Origin: an uncultured Gammaproteobacteria bacterium
Lineage (GTDB): Bacteria > Patescibacteriota > Patescibacteriia > UBA9934 > GWF2-40-263
Direction of reading: 5' to 3'
Length of the DNA: 64,000 nucleotides
NCBI GenBank assembly: GCA_964402425.1
Contig: CAYOCD010000002.1
Span: forward strand, 27,612 to 91,611
Translations under genes and position numbers: made by a program
Shown: positions 36,583 to 46,494 of the stretch, piece by piece
Numbering within the stretch: the first letter of the stretch is position 1
Layout: the number at the start of each line of letters is the position of its first letter
The notes under the pieces: model-generated
What the model was told of the DNA's origin: nothing
What the model saw: only the letters and a program-made list of their open reading frames with translations
Database searches by the model: none

Positions 36583-38466
36583 ATGACAATTTTTGAAATA
36601 CGAGAACAATACCTTAAGTTTTTTGCAGAACGCGGACATGCAATTCTTCCATCCGCTTCATTGGTTCCTGAAAATGACCCGACAACGTTGTTTACAGGAT
36701 CTGGAATGCAGCCCATGGTTTCTTATTTGCTCGGCGAACCTCATCCACGCGGTGTTCGTATTTCTGATTCACAAAAGTGTTTTCGTTCAGGTGATATAGA
36801 TGAAGTTGGTGATAATCGTCACACAACTTTTTTCGAAATGCTTGGTAACTGGTCTTTGGGAGATTATTTTAAACAGGAACAGATTTCATGGATGTTCGAG
36901 TTTCTTACAGAGCGTCTTGGGTTGGATCCACAGAATTTATATATCACTGTTTTTCGTGGAAATAAAGAATTGAATATTCCTAAAGATGAAGAATCTGCTG
37001 CGTTGTGGCAATCCTTATTTGCTTCAAAGGGTATAGAGGCTTTTATTGGGGAAGATGCAGAAACAAATGGCATGAATTCTGGAGAACGTATTTTTTATTA
37101 CGGTGAAAAGAAGAATTGGTGGAGTCGCATGGGAGTTCCGTTAAATATGGCGGTTGGTGAACCGGGTGGTCCTGATACGGAAATGTTTTGGGATTTTGGT
37201 GTGGAGCGTCAATTGCATGAAACATCTGTTTGGAAAGATGAGCCATGTCACGTTAATTGTGATTGTGGACGATTTGTTGAAATCGGAAACAATGTATTCA
37301 TGCAATATGTAAAAAAAGAAAATGGATTTCAAGAATTATCCCAACGAAATGTTGATTTTGGAGGAGGTCTTGAACGTATTGCCGCTGCAGTAAATGGAGA
37401 TCCAGATGTATTTCTTATTGATGCTTTTGTTCCAGCTGCAGAGGCATTGTTCTCGATGAGTGGAAAAGAGTATGAAACGCATATGCATGCCTATCGCGTA
37501 ATTTTGGATCATTTGCGAGCAGCAACGTTTTTAATTGGAGATGGTATAAATCCATCGAATAAAGATCAGGGATATTTTGTGCGTCGTTTGATTCGTCGAG
37601 CGGTTCGATTTGCTCACCAGTTGAACATTACGGAAAATGTCTGTGCGAAAATCGGCGCCACATTTATCGATGTTTATGCGAATGCATACCCAAGCCTTTC
37701 TTCTGCTCGCGAACAAATTGTGGCAGAACTTGAAAAAGAAGAGAAAAAGTTTCAATTAACATTGAAACAGGGGATGAAAAAATTTGTTGAACTTTTGAGT
37801 CAAGGAACAGATAAACGCATTTCCGGAGTCGATGCATTTGATCTTGTTCAGTCATACGGATTTCCCGTTGAACTCACGCAAGAACTCGCACAAGAAAACG
37901 GGTTTGTTGTTGATATGGAGACATTCAAGGTGGAAAAAGAAAAACACCAAGCTCTTTCACGGGCTGGTTCTGAGCAAAAGTTTAAAGGGGGTCTTGCGGA
38001 TACTTCTGAAATGAGTGTGAAGTACCACACCGCAACACACTTGTTGCATCGGGCACTAAAACAGGTTCTTGGTGATTTGGTTCAACAAAAAGGAAGTAAC
38101 ATCACTCCAGAGCGTTTACGATTTGATTTTCCATACCAAGAAAAACTTACAGACGAACAAATTCAACAAGTTGAGGTGTTGGTAAATGAAGCAATAGCAA
38201 AAAAACTTCCAGTTCACTTTGAAATGCTCACTCTTGAAGAGGCTAAAGCTCGTGGGGCAATAGGGTTGTTTGAGGACAAGTATGAGGAGGTAGGAAATAT
38301 GGTTAAAGTCTACTTTGTTGGTGATGAAGCGACTGGAGATGTTTTTTCAAAAGAGGTCTGTGGAGGTCCACATGTAGCAAATACCTCTGAGTTGGGTCAA
38401 TTCAAGATTCAAAAAGAAGAATCAATCGGATCTGGTCTTCGCAGAATTAAAGCTGTTTTGTCTTAA
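36583..38466 (+). CDS. alaS: alanine--tRNA ligase that ends after the editing domain, with no C-Ala domain
   Basis: Class II catalytic core FFAERGHAILPSASLVPENDPTTLFTGSGMQP and FEMLGNWSLGDY; editing-domain metal motifs HTATHLLH and CGGPHV. 627 aa, against about 870 for typical bacterial AlaRS. Confidence 0.85.
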   Translation: MTIFEIREQYLKFFAERGHAILPSASLVPENDPTTLFTGSGMQPMVSYLLGEPHPRGVRISDSQKCFRSGDIDEVGDNRHTTFFEMLGNWSLGDYFKQEQISWMFEFLTERLGLDPQNLYITVFRGNKELNIPKDEESAALWQSLFASKGIEAFIGEDAETNGMNSGERIFYYGEKKNWWSRMGVPLNMAVGEPGGPDTEMFWDFGVERQLHETSVWKDEPCHVNCDCGRFVEIGNNVFMQYVKKENGFQELSQRNVDFGGGLERIAAAVNGDPDVFLIDAFVPAAEALFSMSGKEYETHMHAYRVILDHLRAATFLIGDGINPSNKDQGYFVRRLIRRAVRFAHQLNITENVCAKIGATFIDVYANAYPSLSSAREQIVAELEKEEKKFQLTLKQGMKKFVELLSQGTDKRISGVDAFDLVQSYGFPVELTQELAQENGFVVDMETFKVEKEKHQALSRAGSEQKFKGGLADTSEMSVKYHTATHLLHRALKQVLGDLVQQKGSNITPERLRFDFPYQEKLTDEQIQQVEVLVNEAIAKKLPVHFEMLTLEEAKARGAIGLFEDKYEEVGNMVKVYFVGDEATGDVFSKEVCGGPHVANTSELGQFKIQKEESIGSGLRRIKAVLS

Positions 38467-38520
38467 ACACGACTTAATTTAGCAGAAAAAAAACTTTGAA
38501 GGTTATCCACGGTTGATTTC

Positions 38521-38549
38521 TTGACACATTTTAGCAAATAACATAAAAT
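38521..38549 (+). promoter_or_regulatory. strong sigma70-like promoter upstream of the infA-ribosomal gene cluster
   Basis: TTGACA (38521-38526), 17-nt spacer, TAAAAT (38544-38549). Confidence 0.45.
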
Positions 38550-38624
38550 ACCGGCGCCTCAGAAATCTATTTTTGCTTGCGATTTACAGCAAAATTTGAT
38601 AGCATTTCTTGAACCAATGAACCT

Positions 38625-38846
38625 ATGAGTCAGGAAACAAAAGATTTTATTGAAATGCGAGGCACGGTAGAAGAACTTCTACCATCTGCAAATTTCAAAG
38701 TGAAACTAGAAAACGGACAAACCATTACAGGATATCTGTCAGGAAAAATGCGCAAATTTCGTATTCGTATTTTGCCCGGAGATGATGTGAAGGTTGAAAT
38801 CAGTCCGTACGACCTTACGAAAGGCCGTGTCGTTTATCGTTTCTAA
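38625..38846 (+). CDS. infA: translation initiation factor IF-1
   Basis: S1-like OB fold; [18 protein letters not shown]...[34 protein letters not shown]. Confidence 0.85.
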   Translation: MSQETKDFIEMRGTVEELLPSANFKVKLENGQTITGYLSGKMRKFRIRILPGDDVKVEISPYDLTKGRVVYRF

Positions 38847-38856
38847 TAAGATTCCC

Positions 38857-38886
38857 AAATTTCATCGACCAACATCGATGAAATTT
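38857..38886 (+). promoter_or_regulatory. 12-bp perfect inverted repeat between infA and rpmJ (possible attenuator or processing hairpin)
   Basis: aaatttcatcga-ccaaca-tcgatgaaattt; no downstream T-run. Confidence 0.3.
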
Positions 38887-38893
38887 ATCGATT

Positions 38894-39007
38894 ATGAAAG
38901 TTCGAGCATCCGCAAAAAAAATTTGTAAAGATTGCAGTGTGACACGCCGAAAAGGTCGTGTGGTTGTCATCTGTAAAAATCCTAAACATAAACAACGTCA
39001 AGGATAA
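38894..39007 (+). CDS. rpmJ: 50S ribosomal protein L36
   Basis: 37-aa ORF absent from the supplied track: [37 protein letters not shown], the canonical L36 zinc ribbon. Confidence 0.8.
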   Translation: MKVRASAKKICKDCSVTRRKGRVVVICKNPKHKQRQG

Positions 39008-39065
39008 TTGTTGATTGGTTTGAAAACCTTTCACTTTTTCTACTTACTACTTTCTACTTTTACTT

Positions 39066-39452
39066 ATGGCACGTATCGCTGGAGTTAACATCCCCCTCAA
39101 TAAACATATCCGTATTTCGCTTACCTATATTTATGGGGTAGGTCCAACAACGGCTGCGAGCATTTTGAAGCAAGCGGACGTAAAAGGGGATATCAAAACA
39201 AAAGATTTGTCGGAAGACCAAGTTAAAACAATTCGTGATCTTGTTGAAAAAGGACGCCGATTGGAAGGGGACTTGCGTCGAGATGTTCTCTCTAGCGTAA
39301 AGCGTTTGAAAGAAATTGGTGCCTACCGAGGTTCACGTCACGCAAAACACTTGCCGGTACGTGGACAAAGAACTAAAACAAATTCACGAACCATTCGAGG
39401 CAATGTGAGAAAGACCACAGGAAGTGGTCGTCGCGCTTTGACCAAGACATAA
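39066..39452 (+). CDS. rpsM: 30S ribosomal protein S13
   Basis: [10 protein letters not shown]...[11 protein letters not shown], basic C-terminus. Confidence 0.9.
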   Translation: MARIAGVNIPLNKHIRISLTYIYGVGPTTAASILKQADVKGDIKTKDLSEDQVKTIRDLVEKGRRLEGDLRRDVLSSVKRLKEIGAYRGSRHAKHLPVRGQRTKTNSRTIRGNVRKTTGSGRRALTKT

Positions 39453-39453
39453 T

Positions 39454-39849
39454 ATGGCTGCTGTAATCCAAACCAAATCAAAGAAAAAGAAAGTCGTGAA
39501 ATCTGTTGCACAGGGCAATGCGTATGTTCAGGCTACGTATAACAACACGATTGTTACTCTCACAGATTTAAACGGAAACACATTGGCATGGTCTAGTGCT
39601 GGAAACTGTGGTTTCAAAGGACCTAAAAAAGCAACTCCATATGCTGCAGGAATGATTGTTAAAGCAGCTGCGGATCGTGTGAAAGAAATTGGTCTTAAAG
39701 AAATCAATGTGTTTGTAAGAGGTGTTGGTGCTGGACGCGATTCCGCTGTCCGTGCATTAAACGCAAATGGCTTTCAGGTCCTTTCGATCAAAGATTTAAC
39801 CCCGCTTCCACATAATGGTTGCCGTCCACGTAAACCACGTCGCGTCTAG
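39454..39849 (+). CDS. rpsK: 30S ribosomal protein S11
   Basis: AYVQATYNNTIVTLTD...GFKGPKKATPYAAG. Confidence 0.9.
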   Translation: MAAVIQTKSKKKKVVKSVAQGNAYVQATYNNTIVTLTDLNGNTLAWSSAGNCGFKGPKKATPYAAGMIVKAAADRVKEIGLKEINVFVRGVGAGRDSAVRALNANGFQVLSIKDLTPLPHNGCRPRKPRRV

Positions 39850-39852
39850 TTT

Positions 39853-40464
39853 ATGGCAAAAAATCAAACTCCCATCGTTAAACTTTCTCGTCGCCTCGGG
39901 ATTGTGCTCGGCAAGGAAAAATACGTCCGCCGACGTCAATACCCACCAGGTGTGCATGGTCCAAAACAAGGGAACCATCGCCGCATTTCTGGATACGGAG
40001 AACAATTGCTCGAAAAGCAAAAAGCAAAAGCCGTTTATGGTCTTTTGGAAAAGCAATTCCGCAAGTGTTTTGAGAAGGCTTCTCAACACAAAGGAAACAC
40101 TTCTGAATTCATGATTCAATTGTTGGAACAACGTCTTGATAACGTGATTTATCGTCTCGGGTTTGCAAAAACTCGTAAACAAGCACGTCAGATTGTTGGC
40201 CACGGGTTCGTACTTGTAAACAATCAATTGGTTGACATCCCTTCTTATCAAGTGAGTATTGGGGATGAAATTTCTGTAAAAGAAAACAAAAAAGCAAAAG
40301 GTATCGTCAAAGCCATTGGTGAATTACATAAAGAAAATCAAGTACCAAAATGGTTGAATGCGGACGCGGCAGCATTAAAGGGAAAAGTTACAGGAGAACC
40401 GACAATGGATGATGTAGAAAAACTCTTTGATCCACGGCTGATCGTCGAATTTTACTCTCGATAA
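39853..40464 (+). CDS. rpsD: 30S ribosomal protein S4
   Basis: KLSRRLG..., S4 domain RLDNVIYRLGFAKTRKQARQIVGHG. Confidence 0.9.
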   Translation: MAKNQTPIVKLSRRLGIVLGKEKYVRRRQYPPGVHGPKQGNHRRISGYGEQLLEKQKAKAVYGLLEKQFRKCFEKASQHKGNTSEFMIQLLEQRLDNVIYRLGFAKTRKQARQIVGHGFVLVNNQLVDIPSYQVSIGDEISVKENKKAKGIVKAIGELHKENQVPKWLNADAAALKGKVTGEPTMDDVEKLFDPRLIVEFYSR

Positions 40465-40485
40465 ATCACTAAGGAGGTACGTCGT

Positions 40486-41205
40486 ATGGAGAACATTCTT
40501 CTTCCATCAAAAATTTCGTTCGAAAAAGGCGAACGACCAAACGAAGGTGTTTTGGTTGTAGAGCCATGTTTCTACGGATATGGAACAACACTTGGAAACG
40601 CATTGCGTCGCGTGTTGCTTTCATCTTTGCCTGGTGCTGCTGTTACAGCTGTAAAAATAAAGGGTGTTACACACGAATTTCAAGCGATTGAAAACGTGAA
40701 AGAAGATGCTCTTGAGGTTATTTTGAATCTCAAAACGCTTCGTCTAAAAGTTTTTTCAGATGAACCTGTTGTTCTTAAACTTAGCGCAAGCGGTTTGAAA
40801 ACAATTACTGCAGGAGATATCACATCGAATGCAGATGTGGAAATTATGAATCCAGATCTCGTGATTGCGCATCTTACAGATGCAAAAGCAACATTTGAAA
40901 TGGAGCTCACAGTGCGCAAAGGACGTGGATATTCCACAACAGAAGAACGTGCTGGTGAGATTCATGATCTTGGAACGATCGCCATTGATGCACTTTTTTC
41001 TCCGGTCAGAAATGTTGGTTATCATGTTGTGAACACTCGTGTGGGTGATATCACAAACTTTGATAAGCTCATCATGAACATTGAAACAGACGGAACTATT
41101 ACACCGGAAGCTGCTGTCGAGCATTCAGCAAAGACTCTTATCGATTACTTCTCAATTCTTCTCAATACTCCAACGGAAATGGCATCTGAATCAGATGTTT
41201 CCTAA
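40486..41205 (+). CDS. rpoA: DNA-directed RNA polymerase alpha subunit, N-terminal domain only
   Basis: alpha-NTD dimerisation and assembly motifs (GYGTTLGNALRRVLLSSLPGAAVTAVKI, HEFQAIENVKED) and an AAGGAGG SD. The ORF stops at 239 aa and rplQ starts 15 nt later, so no alpha-CTD can be encoded here. Confidence 0.8.
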   Translation: MENILLPSKISFEKGERPNEGVLVVEPCFYGYGTTLGNALRRVLLSSLPGAAVTAVKIKGVTHEFQAIENVKEDALEVILNLKTLRLKVFSDEPVVLKLSASGLKTITAGDITSNADVEIMNPDLVIAHLTDAKATFEMELTVRKGRGYSTTEERAGEIHDLGTIAIDALFSPVRNVGYHVVNTRVGDITNFDKLIMNIETDGTITPEAAVEHSAKTLIDYFSILLNTPTEMASESDVS

Positions 41206-41220
41206 TTCCGGTTCACGCAT

Positions 41221-41571
41221 ATGCGCCATCGTAACGCCGTAAAAACTCTCGGAAGACGAACTTCCACTCGAAACGCCATGCTTACAAGCTTGGCGGCGAG
41301 TATTATTTTGCATGAAAAAGTCAAAACAACCGAGACAAAGGCGAAGGTTGTGCGTTCACTCGTAGAACGATCCATTACAGATGGAAAGATTTCTTCTCTC
41401 GCATCACGTAGAAAATTGCTGAAGCGCTTTTCTTCTGAAAATCCTGTCAATAAAATTTTAGATGTTCTCGCTCCACGATACATGGATCGCAATGGAGGCT
41501 ATACACGTATCATTAAGATGGGAACACGCAAAGGAGATGGAGCTCCTGTCGTTCAAATTGAACTTGTTTAA
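41221..41571 (+). CDS. rplQ: 50S ribosomal protein L17
   Basis: MRHRNAVKTLGRRTSTRNAML. Confidence 0.9.
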   Translation: MRHRNAVKTLGRRTSTRNAMLTSLAASIILHEKVKTTETKAKVVRSLVERSITDGKISSLASRRKLLKRFSSENPVNKILDVLAPRYMDRNGGYTRIIKMGTRKGDGAPVVQIELV

Positions 41572-41572
41572 T

Positions 41573-41935
41573 ATGAAGAATGAACAGACACGTAAAATTC
41601 ACACCATCGATGCGGATGGAAAAAGCCCAGGACGCCTTGCTACGCAAGTTGTCGGTTTTTTGATGGGAAAAGGAAAAGCAACGTTTGTTCCAAACGTTGA
41701 TGGTGGTGATCATGTACAAGTGATCAATGCTTCCAAAATGAATATCATTGGAAAACGCTTGGAACAAAAGGAATACTATCGTCACACAGCGTACGCAAGC
41801 GGATTGCGCACAACTTCTATGAAGAAAGTGTGGGCGGATAATCCAGGTGATGTCTTGGTGCGTGCGGTTTCTCGCATGCTTCCAAAGAATTCACATCGCA
41901 ATGAGCGTTTGAAGCGTCTCGACGTCAAGAACTAA
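41573..41935 (+). CDS. rplM: 50S ribosomal protein L13
   Basis: ORF 41462..41935; the family N-terminus starts at ATG 41573 (MKNEQTRKIHTIDADGKSPGRLATQV), 1 nt after the rplQ stop. Confidence 0.85.
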   Translation: MKNEQTRKIHTIDADGKSPGRLATQVVGFLMGKGKATFVPNVDGGDHVQVINASKMNIIGKRLEQKEYYRHTAYASGLRTTSMKKVWADNPGDVLVRAVSRMLPKNSHRNERLKRLDVKN

Positions 41936-41936
41936 T

Positions 41937-42341
41937 ATGACTGAACAAGCAACAAAATTTACGGGAGCTGTAGGACGACGCAAATGCGCCGTTGCACAAG
42001 TTCGTCTTCATCATGGTGGATCTGGAAAGATCATCATCAACGATCGAGAGCTTGAAAAATATCTCCCAACAACCATTCAACACCAAACAGTCAAATCTCC
42101 TCTCGTTCTTACAGGAACAGAAAACATGTTTGATGTGCAAATTGTTGTAAAGGGTGGAGGACAAGCAGGACAAGCGGATAGTATCCGCCTTGGAATTGCT
42201 CGTGCTCTTGTGGATTTCAATCCAGAATACAAAACCGTTTTGAAAAAACAAGGAATGATGACACGTGATGCACGCATCCGTGAACGTAAAAAATTCGGAA
42301 AAAAATCTGCGCGTCGATCACCACAATGGTCAAAGCGTTAG
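41937..42341 (+). CDS. rpsI: 30S ribosomal protein S9
   Basis: GRRKCAVAQVRL..., C-terminal KKFGKKSARRSPQWSKR. Confidence 0.9.
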   Translation: MTEQATKFTGAVGRRKCAVAQVRLHHGGSGKIIINDRELEKYLPTTIQHQTVKSPLVLTGTENMFDVQIVVKGGGQAGQADSIRLGIARALVDFNPEYKTVLKKQGMMTRDARIRERKKFGKKSARRSPQWSKR

Positions 42342-42346
42342 AAAAA

Positions 42347-42377
42347 AACACCTGCCTTGTGCAGGTGTTTTTGTTTT
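42347..42377 (+). terminator. rho-independent terminator after rpsI
   Basis: acacctgc-cttgt-gcaggtgt hairpin plus ttttgtttt. Confidence 0.65.
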
Positions 42378-42411
42378 ACATTCAGTCTGATTTTTGCTAC
42401 CATAAGCCCAC

Positions 42412-43860
42412 ATGTCACAACATCTCGCAAAAAATACAGTGTTTATGACAGCGGCTTCCATTGGACAAAAGATTGTTGCTTTTGTCTATTTTTTGTTTCT
42501 TGCACGCGTCATGATGCCAGAAAAAACAGGAACATTTTTTTTGGCTACGTCGATTATCACCATGTTTTCTGTTTTTTCTGATCTTGGTGTGACGTCTGTC
42601 CTTATTCGTGAAATTTCTAAGCGTCCAGAAGCACGAGATCAAATTGTGCGCCAAGCCATCGGTTTAAAGCTTTTCCTTACAATTGCAACTGTTGTCATTA
42701 TTTTTATTGCAACACCTTTTTTTCAGTATGATACTGAAATTACAGGACTGATTTTAATGACGAGTCTTGTCATGATCACAGACGCCCTTGCATTGATTTG
42801 TTATGGTATTTTACGTGCCTCTCAACAGTTACGGCACGAAGCGTTCGGGATGTTTATTGGTCAGTGTGTCACGGTGTGTGTTGGAGGTATTTCACTTGTT
42901 CTTTATCCAGATGTTCGTTTTTTGATACTTGCACTTATTTGTGGAAGTGCTGCAACATTTTTGATTTCGTTTTCCCAAGTTGTTCGTTTGTATGGATTCC
43001 ACTTGTTTATTCCTTCTTGGGATAAGCAAGCTCAATGGAATATGGTAAAAATCATGCTTCCGTTTGCGCTTGCTGGAATTTTTGTAAAAATTTACAGCAC
43101 TCTTGATGTCATTTTGATTTCAAAAATGTTAAGTACAACAGCTGTCGGGATTTACTCGGTCGCGTATAAGTTCACTTATGCATTTCAATTTTTGCCACTT
43201 GCATTTGCCGCAGCGCTTTATCCAAGTTTAAGTTCAACTGTCGATAAAGATGTAAATGTAACAACAAAGACATTTTCACAAGCGATTTGGTACACATTTT
43301 TAATTGCAACACCTATTACCTTTGGCGTTTCTCTACTCGCGCCGGAAATGATTCAACTTATTGGTCGTGAATACGGTGAATCTTCCTTGATTCTACAAAC
43401 TCTCATCTTTGTTTTATTTCCATCTTTTCTTGAGGTTTCGTTTGGTGCTTTGCTTAATGCGTCTGATCGACAATCGACTCGAATGAAAATTATTGGTTTT
43501 GCAATGGTAATAAATGCGGGAATCGATTTTGTTCTTATTCCACGTCTCGGTCTCATGGGGGCAGTTATTGGTTCTCTTATTAGTTATTCGATCATGGTTT
43601 TTATCGAGTTTATTATCGTATCGAAAATTCTTCCACAATTTCTTACGCGTCAATTTTTTCTCCGAACAAGCGGCACGATTTTGAGTGGATTAGTCATGTT
43701 TAGTATTGGTGTTCTGTTGAAGCAATGGATGAGTTGGTTTTTGGTAATTCCTTGTGCGGCGGCCGTCTATTTCGGAATGCTTATCATAACAAAATCTGTT
43801 ACAAAACAAGAGATTCTTCGATTTAAAGCATTATTTCGCAAGACCCCCGTTGTTGTATGA
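42412..43860 (+). CDS. polysaccharide biosynthesis protein / oligosaccharide flippase (Wzx/PST family)
   Basis: About 12 predicted TM helices; N-terminal KNTVFMTAASIGQKIVAFVYFLFLAR, typical of the PST family. Confidence 0.65.
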   Translation: MSQHLAKNTVFMTAASIGQKIVAFVYFLFLARVMMPEKTGTFFLATSIITMFSVFSDLGVTSVLIREISKRPEARDQIVRQAIGLKLFLTIATVVIIFIATPFFQYDTEITGLILMTSLVMITDALALICYGILRASQQLRHEAFGMFIGQCVTVCVGGISLVLYPDVRFLILALICGSAATFLISFSQVVRLYGFHLFIPSWDKQAQWNMVKIMLPFALAGIFVKIYSTLDVILISKMLSTTAVGIYSVAYKFTYAFQFLPLAFAAALYPSLSSTVDKDVNVTTKTFSQAIWYTFLIATPITFGVSLLAPEMIQLIGREYGESSLILQTLIFVLFPSFLEVSFGALLNASDRQSTRMKIIGFAMVINAGIDFVLIPRLGLMGAVIGSLISYSIMVFIEFIIVSKILPQFLTRQFFLRTSGTILSGLVMFSIGVLLKQWMSWFLVIPCAAAVYFGMLIITKSVTKQEILRFKALFRKTPVVV

Positions 43861-44945
43861 GCGATCGCGATATTCTTCTTATTACACCAGATTATCTTCC
43901 GAGCCGTGGTGGGGTAGCACGTTATTTAGGGTTGTTTGCGGAATATTTTACAAAGCGGATTCGAGTGATTGCTTCACCAACAAAAAACAAGTCAACAGTT
44001 CTTGCATCATACGTTCTTGAACGTAAACCTTTGCTCTCAAAATACCTTTGGCCACGTTGGCTTACATCCGTTTTTCTTTTGATGAAAGAATCGCGATCGT
44101 ATCGATGTGTTGTGACAAGCCATGTTATTCCATTTGGTACAGCCGCAATGATCGCAAAACGATTCACAAAAAAACCCTATCTTGTGATTACGCACGGAAT
44201 GGATGTGCGTCTCGCGTTGCGATCAAAAAAAACACTCACAGCTCACATACTCTCAAATGCTCATCTTGTGATCGCAAATTCAAATGCCCTCGCACAAGAA
44301 TTGCAGAAAGAATTTGGAATCAAAAACATTCTCACAATGTATCCAGCCATTGATCCATCTTTTTTTGTGAATAAACCAAAAGTTCCCTCAGATATATTTC
44401 GATTACTGAGCGTGAGTCGATTGGTGGATCGTAAAGGGCATGAACGTGTTTTACACGCTCTCGCTCTTTTGAAAGTAAATGGTTCGCTTTCCGCATTTTG
44501 TTATGTGATTGTTGGAGATGGTCCAACGCGCACGTCGCTTGAAATGCTCGTTCATGAACTTAATTTAGACACGCACGTTTTCTTTAAAGGGGATGTTTCT
44601 GATCAAGAGTTGCAATTGTGTTATGTGGATACGGATGTCTTTATTTTGCCTGTAAAAGATGATCCGATCGATAAAGAAGGATTCGGTATGGTATATCTTG
44701 AGGCGGCGGGATATGGTATTCCATCGATTGCGACACGCATGAGTGGGGTAGATGAAGCAGTGCTCGATCAACAAACAGGTCTTCTTGTTTCTGATGGAAA
44801 TATTGAAGAATTAGTACGTGCCATTTTGATTCTTGCAAAGGATTCTGTTTTACGTGATCAGCTTGGGGCACAGGCACAAATGCGTGTGTTAACAGAATTT
44901 ACGCCTGACGCTCAGTTTTCTAAGCTAGAACCGTATCTTGTATGA
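43857..44945 (+). CDS. glycosyltransferase family 4
   Basis: GT-B C-terminal motif EGFGMVYLEAAGYGIPSIAT (E-x7-E); ATGA overlap with the flippase. Confidence 0.75.
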   Translation: MSDRDILLITPDYLPSRGGVARYLGLFAEYFTKRIRVIASPTKNKSTVLASYVLERKPLLSKYLWPRWLTSVFLLMKESRSYRCVVTSHVIPFGTAAMIAKRFTKKPYLVITHGMDVRLALRSKKTLTAHILSNAHLVIANSNALAQELQKEFGIKNILTMYPAIDPSFFVNKPKVPSDIFRLLSVSRLVDRKGHERVLHALALLKVNGSLSAFCYVIVGDGPTRTSLEMLVHELNLDTHVFFKGDVSDQELQLCYVDTDVFILPVKDDPIDKEGFGMVYLEAAGYGIPSIATRMSGVDEAVLDQQTGLLVSDGNIEELVRAILILAKDSVLRDQLGAQAQMRVLTEFTPDAQFSKLEPYLV

Positions 44946-45652
44946 CACAGACCATCTCGGTCATTATTCCAACCTATCAACACGCCACCACGCTCGTTCG
45001 GTGTCTTGATTCGATTTTTTCACAATCACGCAAACCGAATGAAATTATCGTTGTAGATGACGGTTCAACGGATGATACACAACGCGTGCTGGAACCCTAT
45101 CTTGAGAGGATTCGGGTTATCGTGCAGCCAAATACAGGGGCCCCCGCTGCGCGTAATAATGGGTCTCAACAATCGAATGGATCATTGGTTCTGTTTTGTG
45201 ATGCAGATGTTGAAATGAGACCAAATATGCTTTATGAGCTTGAACAGGCTTTAGAGGCGCATTCTGAAGCTTCTTATGCGTATTCTGGATTCCAATGGGG
45301 GTGGAAAGTATTCACATCATTTCCGTTTGATGCAGAGAGGTTGAAAAAGATGAATTATATTCACACGTCCGCGCTCATTCGACGCGAAGCCTTTCCATTA
45401 TTTGATCCATCCCTTAAACGATTTCAAGATTGGGATTTGTGGCTTACCATGTTGGAAAGGGGGGCAACAGGAATTTTTGTAAACAAAAATTTATATCTTG
45501 TGATGCAAGAGGATCGTCCGGAGCGCATGTCGAATTGGCTTCCATCACTTTTGATTCGGTTTCCATGGAACATGATTGGATGGATGCCAGAACGTGTCAG
45601 AAAATATCAGGAAGCCAAAAAAATCATCGTCAAAAAGCATCATCTCGTATGA
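44942..45652 (+). CDS. glycosyltransferase family 2
   Basis: SVIIPTYQHATTL, VDDGSTDDT, FCDADVEM. Confidence 0.7.
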   Translation: MTQTISVIIPTYQHATTLVRCLDSIFSQSRKPNEIIVVDDGSTDDTQRVLEPYLERIRVIVQPNTGAPAARNNGSQQSNGSLVLFCDADVEMRPNMLYELEQALEAHSEASYAYSGFQWGWKVFTSFPFDAERLKKMNYIHTSALIRREAFPLFDPSLKRFQDWDLWLTMLERGATGIFVNKNLYLVMQEDRPERMSNWLPSLLIRFPWNMIGWMPERVRKYQEAKKIIVKKHHLV

Positions 45653-46494
45653 TCAGTACAATCACCGTGAATTATAAAACCGTTGATTATCTTGAAACAC
45701 TTCTCGATTCATTGTTTGCATTTCATTCTGTTCAAAGTATTGAAGTGATTGTTGTTGAAAACGGATCTGGTGATGATGTATCAAAGCTGCAAGCAAAGTT
45801 TCCGTACGTCAAATTTATTTGCAGTGAAAAAAATTTAGGATTTGCGGGTGGATGTAATCTTGGTGCAAAATCAGCAACAGGGGATTTTCTTCTGTTGCTA
45901 AATCCGGATGTGATTTTTGTGGACGATGCCCTTACACAAATTGAAAAAACCATGCAACAAAATCCAGATGTTGGTATTGGTGGCATTTCACTCAAGAACC
46001 TTGATGGGACACAGCAAGCTTGTGTCTGGCGATTTCCAACACCCGTTGATCAACTTTTGCTTCTCGCAAAAGTTCCACATCTTTTTCCGTTGATCGCTCC
46101 TGTTGCAAAATGGCGCATGGCAGATTTTGACTACACAAAGTCACAAGATGTTGATCAGGTTATGGGTGCTTTCTTTTGCATACGTCGTGATGTGTATGAG
46201 AGACTTCATGGTCTTGATGATGGTTTTTTTCTTTGGTATGAGGAAGTAGATTTTGCAAAACGTACAAAAGATGCAGGTTACCGCGTGCGTTATTTTTCAA
46301 ATATTCAAGTAAAACACAAAAAAGGAAGTAGTTTTGAGCGCGTTACAACGTTTCAAAAACAAGAAATGGTTCGTCGAAGCCTTCGACGGTATATGCGAAA
46401 GCATTACGGATATGGAACATGGCTTTTGTTTACGATTCTGAATCCCTTTTTTGTTGTTCTTGGCTACATCGCGTCACTCATCAAACCTTTATGA
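45649..46494 (+). CDS. glycosyltransferase family 2
   Basis: ORF 45430..46494; family start MISTITVNYKTVDYLE at ATG 45649 (ATGA overlap). Motifs VVENGSGDD and LNPDVIF. Confidence 0.7.
   Translation: MISTITVNYKTVDYLETLLDSLFAFHSVQSIEVIVVENGSGDDVSKLQAKFPYVKFICSEKNLGFAGGCNLGAKSATGDFLLLLNPDVIFVDDALTQIEKTMQQNPDVGIGGISLKNLDGTQQACVWRFPTPVDQLLLLAKVPHLFPLIAPVAKWRMADFDYTKSQDVDQVMGAFFCIRRDVYERLHGLDDGFFLWYEEVDFAKRTKDAGYRVRYFSNIQVKHKKGSSFERVTTFQKQEMVRRSLRRYMRKHYGYGTWLLFTILNPFFVVLGYIASLIKPL

Noticed and set aside
45430-45648. 219-nt N-terminal extension of the second GT2 ORF
   Set aside because: It overlaps the upstream GT2 gene in another frame. The family N-terminus starts at ATG 45649 with an ATGA coupling overlap.
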